Assembly: GCF_018977255.1 (NCBI RefSeq)
Contig: NW_024704747.1
Coordinates: 27,528,442-27,592,000, forward strand
Reading direction: 5' to 3'
DNA length: 63,559 nucleotides
From: Callorhinchus milii
Lineage: Eukaryota
Positions within the stretch are counted from its first letter, which is position 1. Each line of letters opens with the position of its first letter. The notes beneath the pieces were generated by a model that worked only from the letters and a program-made list of their open reading frames with translations, did no database searches and was not told where the DNA came from. The position numbers were made by a program, and so were the translations under genes. Shown piece after piece: positions 49,501 through 61,500 of the stretch.

Positions 49501-52500
49501 TGTGCGCTCATCATCTTCAGAGAGCATCCATCCCCAAAATTAAATGCATAGAATATTTTTAAACTAATCTTGCACAATAATTGCTGATGTGGTGATTGTA
49601 TTAATGTGATGGAATATTGGGACAATATGGCCATAGATGGACCAGAATGAATTAACACACTTGAGAAGAGCATGTGCCAGAGGCTCACTGGATAAAATAA
49701 GTTACTGTATTTTACATGATGTGTTGATGTTTCCATGTGGAACTTTGTTATGAACACAAGAGGGCAATATTGCACAGTTTATGGTACTACTACAACAAGT
49801 CCCAAAGTTAAAAGCAATACAAATCCAGCACATCTGGATACACATTCACTTTCTTTGCCAATTAATGCGACTATCCAGGCATCTCAACAACATGGCACAA
49901 GTTTCCATGTACATAACCGTATGGATTTGATAAACGATAGTGAGATCCTCGTCATATCACTTCATTGCAGAGCTACATTGTACACTATAATAAATCTACA
50001 AATAACGTGTTAATCATTTAAATATATCCATTTTTTGATGAGCGTTCTCTCTTTTTTTAAACCATATCCAACAACAGAAAAGATGTAACTGGTTTAGGCA
50101 TATTCATCCATTAAAATAAAGGAAATTTCCCATATTCCAATGTGAACTTTTGTTTCTTCTCAACTTAAGCAATGTGGAATGGTTAATATGCATTTGCAAA
50201 TGTTTTAGCAAAATGATTGTAAATTGTAATCCCGCTGTATTGAATAATACTGATAAATTCTGTTACTTGAACATGTTCTGTTACAGAACATTTGCCATTT
50301 AAAGCATTCCAAGTGATTTCAATAGCAACTTTGTTATTGACAAAAATACAATAAATAATAATTTACAATGTTGCAACATGTCCTTTTGAAACAATAGGTT
50401 TGTTTTTTGCTCCTTTCAGCCTAAATCCAAGAAAAATACTTGGTCACTCTATCCATGACAATAATTACTGTGTTTGTGTGACACTGCTGTACGCAATTGG
50501 CTGTGTTTTGCCAACAGAATATACAATTAATTCACTTTACAGTATATTCAATGAAGCGCTTTGAGACGTCTCAACGACGTGATAAGGCGCTATATCAAAT
50601 GCAAGTATTATTATATTACAAAGTAAAACCTAATAAGAGAACGTTTAACACACAGCGTATTCACAATGCTGAGATAGTCATCAACAAAATGAAAGTACTT
50701 CAACCTTTTTGAGAGGATGGACAACCAACACTGCGCTTTCCCCAACTACATATGCAGGAAACAGTGAACATATCCACAAACTTTACGTGTGGTGGCTGGT
50801 GTACCCAGAGTCAGAAACCCAGAAATCTCAGCCTTTCCCTTAATAAAAGCTATTGATCAGTACTGTACTTAATGACACAGCTCTGTATTCATTGTCAGAA
50901 ATTTTTCTTAAATATTGCTAAAATTGTAGCCCTTAAACTGCTGCTTATATATATATGTATCTCTTACGGCCACTGGATACAAAAACGACCAACAAGAAAA
51001 GACTAAAATTCAATGTAAATGGCATGAAAGTGGTCGGGTGACAAAAAAAAACTAACAAAGCACCTGCATTAATCTATCACTACTTTTCTGGGGACACAGT
51101 CACATTTAAATCCACACTGTTTTGAATATTGCATGCAAAACTAACAGTTGTTACTACCTCCATGCTAGTTTTAGGATCAAGGTCATCACACTCGGATTCC
51201 TCGGAACTGTTAGCCTCCTTTAGTGCAGCATGAGAGAAAAAAAAGCAAAATTACAATTAGGAGTGGTTGGATACATTGTGCGCTTGAAATCAGATTCTTA
51301 AACCAAGACTTTGTCCGAAAAGCACCACAGTCACAAACTAGTATCCCCTCCCCTCACCCATCCCCCCATACTTGGGCTATAACAATATTCCGCACCAAAA
51401 TGCACAGAAAACCAGAAGTTCCTCCTATCTGTTTAGCAGTGACAGTGAATTTTAGAAATTTGAGAGACTTCACGTACAGTATTTTTCCAGTTTCCAGTTA
51501 TGCAAAGTAAAATTCAGCCGTGGAAATTAGCACCGTGACATAGCACCTACTGGCAGGAAGTTGGTGCCCATAATTGGCCAATGACGAATTCCCTACCCCA
51601 TTCGTACCAGGAAAGCAAGGCATTGAGCAGAGGCAAAAGTACTGTTGGGCCAATCTCATTTTAGACACTAACACAATTACCAGTCACTGGTTCAGTAGAG
51701 ATCTTGGCAGAAAGTTGTGAGGATGGAACTCACTTAAGCAATGGCTTCCCTCTTGGCTGGGAAGAGGAGTACTCTATACACTAAGAAAAGTTTCAAAAAA
51801 TGCATAAATTTGATGGGAAGATTTTATCACAGAAAGACTGTGTTCTGTACCTTCCACCCCACCCCCCCCCAAAAAAAAAGTAGTCGGATGTTTGATGTTC
51901 CAAAAACCACGGAGAAAACATCAAAAATAAGAACAAACCAGCCAAGAATATCTTTATTACCTTGAAGAGTAAATTCACACATTACACACAGTAAGATAGC
52001 AGACAACAAAGTTGTTGAAAGATTTAATTTATTCACACTTGCAGCAAAGAAAATGGTACACTGTGTTCTCAGTTCTCTAGCCACACTCACATGGCAAACA
52101 GTTAGAAGTGGATTTAGTGACATCAAACCTTTATCACTCCCGTGGTTGGTGTCTAAAAGGTTAGTCCCAAACTGAAGTATTAATTGAGGGATGTGGAAAT
52201 GGGCTGTTTGCTTTAAAAGTCCAGTTACTAGGTTTTACATTATTCCAGAATTGAATAAGTGCAATCGTTTCTTTTTTTAAGTTTCGTCATTAAATCTGAT
52301 GCTTTGCATGATCAAAGATGTTGCGTTTGTTTTTTTTTTGTTCAGTAGTAGTTTGGCTGTAAGAGCTACCCGTAACAGTGGGTTTAATCTTATGATTATT
52401 CAAAAGATTCAAGAGTTTATGCTAATGCTATTCGTTTCTTCCCCACTTGTAACAGCCAAATCTATAGTTGAGAGAAAATACAATCACCATTTAAAGCATC

Positions 52501-55500
52501 ACCACTTCAGGCATCAGCTCACAGACCACCGTTTCCAATGGTACAGTGAAAGCATGAAGTATCAATGGATATGGATGCAGGAAAGCCTTGTAACTGGACC
52601 TTTTAAAAAATAAACACACAGCTCCTAAACATTGGCTTACTCACTTTAACAGAGGCTTTGTTGGTCAGAATATCCTTGGATTTACGGGCACCATTCTCAA
52701 ACCTCCCTTCATTTTTCCCACCGCTCTCCTTTTCTCCTCGTTTTCTCAAACGCAGTGATGTTTGCCAAGAACATGACTTCCTGTTGTACCAAAAAACGCA
52801 CCAGTCAACTTGAATATCTTAGGCTTGTGATGGATACGGGGCCAATAACAATCCACTCCATTCTCAAAACTGGCAGCCATCAGCAACAAAAAAAATATTA
52901 AAAACAGAAGCACCAAGGCGGTGCGCTCTCAAAACAAAAAAAAAATATTCTTTTGATCAGTGACAAAACTAAGTACTAGAAACAAATAACTGACTAGCAT
53001 CGAAAGTAAATTGTGAAGTTAAAAAGGTTGCTTCCCCAAATCTACACAGTTTTCACCATTCCTCCGCTGTACATCATATAATCTCACAGGATTTGTACCC
53101 GATGCTTAAGGTTCTACCTGTGCTCTCAGCAACACTGCATAAGGTTAACATCCTGACCCATGAGATTATGGAACATACAAGCTGAAAATGGCAGAAAGAG
53201 ATCACTTTTTTTTAAAAAAAAAATCATTTGATTAGAGATGCAATTATTAAAAAATTGTGATCTGGGTTATCGATAATAATTCATGACTTGATCAAAATTT
53301 AAGGTAGGGGAGGTATGCCGCAAATACATCCTTTGCCATACAAACCCCCCCGCCCCCCCCCACCCCAAAACCACATCAGTTCATGGAATGGATGCTTTGG
53401 GAGCTAATAATTTTGCACTGTACAAATTTTGCATCTCTGATCACTGGTCAATACCTCACACTCCAGAATTCAGTAAATCAAACATTTCCACCATTTTACT
53501 TAATTAAAACATGCTCAGGTTCAAAATTTATTTTACATATTTAAAATACATTATTAGTTACATTACAGATACAATGATGGAACATTCTGACTATATTGCA
53601 CAACCTGACTTTATTTATATGGGCTTCTTAAATAGTGCAAAATATCTTTTTGTACAGGAATGTATTGGAAAGAGCCTTGGCAAATAAAAAAATGTAATAC
53701 TTTTTTTTACAATATACTGCCAACAAATTTCAAAAACCCAAAATTTAAAATTACATGCTGTACAAATTGCCATAGACAACAACAAAAATCTCTCCATCTG
53801 GAGATGATAGGCCTCAGTTCAACATTGGGCCTCTGCCAAATGTTTATAAAAATGAAAACATATTAGTAACACAATAAACATACTTCCAGTCCAGTAATTT
53901 CCAAGTCGGTGTAGCAAGGGTTAAAGTAAAACATGCCATGACTGTATAAAAGTCACTCGTATTATAAATATTTAACAGAAAAACAGCTGTCAAAACATGG
54001 CTGCCCCAAGTTGAAGACCAAGAATTCACTGGGTACTTCTGAAGTTTGTTCCAATGGCCTTGTGGATATAATCGGCAGAGAAAAACCTGCCCATCTTTTT
54101 TCCTTACATCCACATACTGCTTCCAGGGCAGCCACCTGGCACTTACTTGATGCTTCCTTCGATAGTGTCTGTGGGGTTGTTACTGATGTGACGCAGGATA
54201 AAGCCTGGAATCCAGCCTTCGGCAGCGGGAGAGTGTTGATTGGCAGGCCGGTACACCAAGAACATGTTCTGCTGGTCAAAGGCAAGGACCTGTACCAGCT
54301 CTCCCTGAAACACGCAGATTTCATTCTCCTTCACCGCGCTATAATCTTGTGTGACCAGCATGGTAGAGGTCCCATTGCATCCCACTGCATTATTCTGTGT
54401 AAATCAAACAGCATTCAATTAGAGTCCACAGTCTGCATTTAGTCAGAGTTTGTACCAAAGGTGAAAGAGAGGTAAAGGCAGTTTGAAAGAGCAATCTGAA
54501 TGCCAGGAAAACTGGCCTTAAAATCAGACACAAATCTCGGAATAAAAAATGTCCCAACGTGTGGGTATTTTTGAAGTCAGCCCAGCAGGTTTGGATTAAA
54601 TGTTCATTATAACCAGGATTTGTTTCATACAGGTACCTGCATCTTTTGCAAAACTGGCAAATAACTAATTTGCAGCATCCGTCAACAACAATAATTTGTA
54701 CTTGAACACGGTGCCTTCCTTATAAGACGAGATTCCATTGAGCTTTAAGGAGATGAGAGCCTGAGCTGGGAGGTGTTTAGGGAGGTGGCTGAAGGCTCAG
54801 TCTAAGAGGTAGGTTTTTAAAATGGTTTTTGAAAGCAGAGAGGAAAGGAGTGAGGAGGAGGTATTTCAGGTGAGAGTTTGAGAGAGAATAAGAGTAACAA
54901 GGCTGAAATTAACCTTTGTGAGAAGGCCCATAAAGCAAAATGGTAAACATGACAATTCACAATATTTTGCCCTTGGTGGTTTGAGTACAAATAATAGATG
55001 TGGGTAAAATCGTAGATGCATCCAGGCCAAGTCTCAAACTGGCCATAGGTCTATGTTTTTCCCCTGATAGAGCAAGGAAGCTGGCAGAGGACTGAGTAAG
55101 GATCCACAGTAGCTGAAACTCTATCCAGTGGTATTTCCTACAGCTTCAAGGTATCTTTTTCTGTTGCCCAGTGATGCCCAGTGTGAGTCCAACGCACAGT
55201 CATTTCAACCAAGTCTCGTCTTCGTGCCCTTTCTAATAATCCATAAATGTGGGTGTTTTTTCTTTGTAAATAGATATCGGAGCTCAGTGAGACGAGACTC
55301 CAGCCATTGCCAATTTTTGCAAGAAAGGGCACTTGCCGTTTTACACACACCAAAAGGCTTTTTTTCCGCCATGAGCACACAACGAAACAGTCTCTGTCTA
55401 AGGTTGGACAACCCATCTGCATTTAAATATCATTTACATACACATTTGTTCAGGAGCAATTCATAGGGATGAGTGCAGGAGATACACTGATGCACATTTA

Positions 55501-58500
55501 CATTTATGCACAATGCAAGCCTGCCCGGATCTAATTACCGAACTTCTAGACTTCATAAGATTTTAACACCGAAGTACTTCCAGTCTAATACATACTTCAC
55601 AGAAGGAAAAACAAGGCTCTTTCAAAAAGTGCTTAAGAAAATCTTTATTTTGCCGATTTTCTCAGGTCAGAAGATTTCATTGTATAAATAGATTTTTTAA
55701 CGTCAGAAGATGCTATTGGAATCCAGTGTGAAAGGTAACAGGCTGGTAAGCTTTTGTATCTGCAGGAAGATTGGCCAAGCTCTAGAAAACTTATTGGTTG
55801 ACATTCCCATTCGTGCCCAAATATCCGGTAGTATTCATTTAATCATTTGGAAGGGAGAAAAGTGAATACCATTTACAGCGAGAACTACATGCTCGAGATA
55901 AATTAAGTGCACCACAGACGTGATACTAACTTGCATCAAGTCTAATTGGTACAAACCATTCAGAATAATAGACTGCTCAATAATTCAATTGAACCCTACC
56001 AGTGTCATGGTTCAGTTTGGTACTTGAAGTAGTTTAACAGATAATTAATAATAATAACAATCATTGCATTTGATATAATAATAATAATAATCCTTGCATT
56101 TGATATAGCGCCTTATCACGTCGTTGAGATGTCCCAAAGCGCTTCACAGAACACACTGTAAGTGAATTGACTGTATATGTCGTGAGAGAAACACCACAGC
56201 CAACTGCGCACAGCAGTGTCCCACCGACAGTCGAGGATTGAGAGACCAAATTATTATTGTTATATTTTGGAAGGGATTATTACCACCAGAAAGCGATCCG
56301 CCAATCGACCAGCAACTGGGTTGGTTCCTACTTACTGCTGGGTAATCGGAGGCATGTGGAGTAAGGAAACTTGCCCAGGAATTGAACCCGGATCCTCTGG
56401 CTTGCGAGGCGAGTGCTCCAACCAGTACCCTACAGGATTCCACAAACAATTCAGAATGAATGTGCTGTTGAGGAATGCTCAATAATTCAATTGAACCTGA
56501 CTAGTGTCATGGTTTAGTTTGGTATTTGAAGTAGTTTATCGGAAAATAACAACCGAGGGTGACAGTTACCGTACTCTGAAGGGAAATAAGGTAACATCTC
56601 CAGGGAATTGTGCTACTGTTATTGATGGGCCATTTTGGATTCTCTGGAATTGTCACCTATTACTAAGCTGAGGTGATTGACTGTCTTGTGGTCTTGTAGG
56701 TACCTTGCTTTCCTCATATTTGTCTCCATGCTGTTGGTCGTCGAAGGTTGCAGTGCCATTGGAGGTAGGTAGCTTTAGTGCTGGTACAGCTGGATTACGA
56801 CTGGAGCCCTTTGGAGGCTTTTCAGGCCCCACTGGGGAAGAGGAGTGTGACCTGGGGCTGGTCTGGGGTAGCCTGCTTGCTGCCGCTCTGCCTAAGGAAT
56901 GAGTAGCACCTTCTTTCTTCTGGTATTCGATTGGCGATTGCAGTGCTAGAATGGCAATAAAATCAAAACATTATGGGAAGGCTGAGGCTAAAGACGAGAT
57001 GAAACATCAACACATTCTTTCAACAAAATCCTCGCATTTGTTCCTCGACAGTCCGATTAGACACAGCAGTGACATAACACTCTCCTATTTTGCCAAAAGT
57101 ACAACAAAACGGAGGACGATTAAATAAGACGGCATCCGATGTACCATTTAAAAAGTTCCGTTGAGCGTCAAGCACTTGATTGATATCCTGAACCCAGGCT
57201 TGCCAGATCTCAATACTTGGAGCCTGCAACACAAAGCGTTCGGAGGTCCCATGGCAGATCAGGGCAAACTTGCAGAGTTCGTTGTCCACATTCTCCTCGA
57301 TGTTCAGGTAAGTCATCTGAAAGAGGACAGACGTCAGATACGGTCACTGTATAGTGTTGAAAGCACTAATAAATTCAACGATCTTTTACGTTAGGAGAAC
57401 TCATGTTTGCATGAGAAGTCTTTTTTTTAAAAAAAGGTGATATTGAAACTTTCTACGGGAGGAACTTAAGCTTTGAGATTTGAAGGGAATATGCATTGGA
57501 TCACAACTAACCTGCTTTTTGCAGATGAAATTGGTCCTGTTCTAACGGGTTGCTATTCACGTTTACAAACTGTCCAGCTGGAGCCTGTCTAACCCTCTCT
57601 TAACCTTGTGAGATGGTACTATAAAAGGTACTGCAAAAAGGCTATGATTCGTGAAAGCTATTCATGATGTCAAACCACTCAGAAGCTTCTTATTTGAGGT
57701 TTTTTTTATGACAAATATTCCCTTCAATTAAATGCAAAATATAAACATGATTGGTAAGTGGGTGATTCAGCCACAACTTTGCTGTGAAATCTTTGCTCCA
57801 CCCAACTTAATACACTGGATATGGGACCTTATTATACAAAGTATTAGTTGCTGATATGTGGAAAGGTTACTGAAAGATTCCCCCCCCCCCCCCATTGACA
57901 GCATATTATGCGAGTGCCTCAAAGCAAACCTGTTATCAGGATAAATGAAACACATCATTTATCTTCTTTTGTTATAATTACAATTTCAGGTACCCATCAC
58001 AGAGTTTTCTCTGTCCGACCACATCAACGGTTACAGATTTAAAGAATGTTGTAAGTCAATGAATAACTCACAAGAGTTATTACACCACAATAACTCATTC
58101 GCACCAGCAAGAAATGTGAAAATGTTGCTCAGTTTACGGAGACGGCAATTTATCAATGGCTCAACATGAACATTCTCTGATGTAGACATGCACTGAGATG
58201 AAAATTTATTGAAGTGATGACAAAAATTGAAAAAATCCACTTTCAACATTCATTTTCTTTATCAGGCTGAACTAGCTACGAGGAAACAAATACACACATG
58301 TGACCTAAGCCCTTGTGGTTCATAAAATACATCTATTTTCTGAGCTTAGGCTGGTTTGAGAAAGAAAAAAACAGCATGACAGTAAGTGGGACTGCAGCAG
58401 AAATACTACAGAGCAACACACATTCTCGGGGAGGTAACTGAGTGGTTTGACAACATGCAATCTCTTGAGAGTGACTGAAAAAGAAAGTCTTATCTATTTG

Positions 58501-61500
58501 ATTGTGGTGTAATCTCCAATCTCTATGGATTGCTTGTGAAGTATTGAGCGTCCTCGCTGTGGGGGGAAGAAAAGGTTCTGTTTACCATTCTGCATTTACC
58601 TTAATGCACTTCTTGAATTGATACCTCGGTGTAGAGGAACCTCTTTTCAATAGTTCGCTGAAGATTACAACTTGCTCAAAGAGAAAGACTCTTCGTTCCT
58701 TACTTCGGGACAGAACTCCAGTGTCCTGCTCAGTCACGTAGAACGTATCCTGTTGTAGCAGTTTGCCCTGTGCTGTGATTTTGCCCTAGAAGCAACACAT
58801 GTTTTAGGATTCATCATATTCGTAATCCATAAAGTCATCTCCACCTAAGTATTAAATAATATTTTCATTCTTTTCCTCTCTCGGATCCCAGAATCTCTTG
58901 GTTCCCTAATGGAGGACTTGTTGTCCACAACCAGACACAGCAGCCGAGATGGCTTTATTTTAAAATGACAAACTGCTTGTCCACTGAACAATCAAACACA
59001 ATAGACTCCCAAACCATCCCCAAGTAATAAATATGTGTTGTCATTTGCATTTCTAGGTTGAGTATTCCCCTCCAATTAGAACTCTCACTTAATGGAATAT
59101 ACAGTATCCGATAAACTTTCTATTTTAAGCTATTCTGTGCATATACTGGATATTGCAGTTGTGGGGGCGGGGGGTGGGGGGGGTGGGGAAGAAAGAGGGA
59201 ACTCACCTCAAAGCCCTCAAGTCTTCCCAAGTTCATCATATCATTGCAGCGTTTTGGCACAAGGCACATTACATCAACAGCTTTCTGTCAACAGACAATT
59301 AGCACAAGGCATCAGTTTTTGCTCATATGTAAAGTAATAATTTTAGAATTAGCGCTTATATTGATGTCAATTAATTGTACTTCTTTTTAAAACACACACA
59401 ACAAAATGTCTCTACGTCAGTGTTGTGCTCCCAAACAATGAAGTTCAATGGATATGGCATCTCGGAAACAATGTGACTTGTTGCGGAAGGTCTTTTCTAC
59501 CATCTACTCAATATTTAAGCCGCATCTCAATGGCAGCTTTGTTATCAGTCTCCGTTAATTTGAAAATAGTTCTCTGTTAAATTGTGTACAGGACAACCCT
59601 GTTATAACACAGTTGTGCGGGTACAACATCTCACAGGCCATGCCCAACAAAGAATAATAAAATTAAAACTCGGCTAACATCGTTTCTCTCATGCTGCACG
59701 TAGCAAACACAGCGTACAGGAAGTGAATTCAACGCACTCAGCGCACAGCGCTCTCCGGAAGTGACATCAGAGTGATCTGACGACCGGAAGGGAAGCAAGG
59801 GGCTATTTTAATGTGCCGGAAGCTGGCTGGTCAGCCCTGGAATTTGAACGTAACGTGTGTCTGGTTAGCGCTGGTCAGTGAGGTCAGGGGCGTTATAACC
59901 GGTTTCCTCTGCGCAGTTTGAGGGTTGAACATAAAAATGCACGTGAAGTGCAAAACATTGGATACCTTAACGTAAACTGAAAGGTCAAATTAGACGTGAC
60001 TTTAGTATTTCCTTACACATAAAAAAATGTAAGAAACTGTATGAAGCAACAATGTCACTGCAGCTACAGAATGTGCTTACCTCGATTTCTGAACATTCGT
60101 GCCCAGCTTTCTCACTGTACTTTAGGAAGTCCTGTAACAGGGACATTTTCATTATTATCATCATCACTAGCAGTGAACAATGTTACACGCGCTCCATACA
60201 ACACACATTACTCATAGTTTCACACACGGTTATTGCAAACATTTCAGTTTCTCTTGTGCAAGCATCGTTTCAGTAAAAACACGATCCTTGCCATCTGTGT
60301 CTCTTGAGTCCCCCACCCCTTACAGACTGCATCTCTCTATCCTCTCTCCTTGCCATGAGATACTTTTATTTTTTTTTAAAAGAAACAGGAACAAAAGCAA
60401 AACAGAAAGAAAATTTTATTTCAGTGGGTGTGCTATTATATTGAGCAAATTATTTATACCTATAAATATCAGGCTGCAAGCCTATATACACTGCTTATTC
60501 CCTCCCTGCCCCCCCCCCCCCCCCCCACCCCTCACATCCACAACTATTTCTACAAAAGAATTGAAAAGCGAATGAGCAAAATAGGTCTTTAATTTTGTGG
60601 CTGTTGGTGCTCGACAAAATTGGCTGCCAAATACACAGTCACTAACTTCTCAATAAAATCCCGGGAACCTCTTTGAGACATTTTGTAGTTATGTTGCCCA
60701 CCTTGATAAGCAGCTGGTACTTGGTTATCCTCTGAATAGGTTTAATGAGATAGTCACTCAGACTAAGTCTCTGATTGATGTCCAGTTTTACCTCCTAAAA
60801 TGCAAGGCACAAAGCATGACGCACAACTCGTATCTGTTACAACTTTCATACATTTGAGCGTCAATAACAATTCTTTAAAATAACTGAATGTTTACCCAAT
60901 TTAATTTAATTCATTCATATAACGAAATTATGAAAATTAAACACAACCTCAGGTGTTCAGCTGAAATCGCTGAAAAATAAAGTTAAACATTAATTTAAGC
61001 TTTCGATTAAATCACCTCCATTATATAAATGAATCACTCCTATCACAAATCAACATAAGCCCCATATTCTTGCATTGCATGTCACCCGATACTTTATTCT
61101 TTGTAAAAAAACGGGGTCTTAATGTTTACCGTTTAAAGTATCATTGACAGAAGAACATCAACCATCGCACTCACCTCAAAGTAGGCATCGTATTCTGCCA
61201 CAATGTACTCAGATTTCGGCTTGTTTTGACAATAGATCACATACATGTTTAGGCGTCTCTCCTGCATGCACAAAATGTACTACTGTAAATAATTAGTTGA
61301 CTTGTATCTTTGTTACTCAAACTGCTACCCCGAGGGTAATACAATGCATGACATAGCACTCGGTCAATACAGAGCAGAACGGTCTCAATTTCAATTAATC
61401 TCTTTGTTCATGTGTTCGCCCTTTTGTAAGGAAAAATGCCCCCAACAGTGGTGCAGTTGATTTATTATCATTGAGTCAAATGAGTGGTTGGTTGCGGCTT

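Noticed and set aside
55138-55422. Possible extra or alternative terminal KALRN exon (tgcag|ATGGGT...)
   Set aside because: No recognisable homology, poor pyrimidine tract, and the flanking exons join correctly without it.
56653-56703. Read-through of the weak GTACCT donor giving [16 protein letters not shown]
   Set aside because: A 16-codon extension is expected by chance; no supporting homology.
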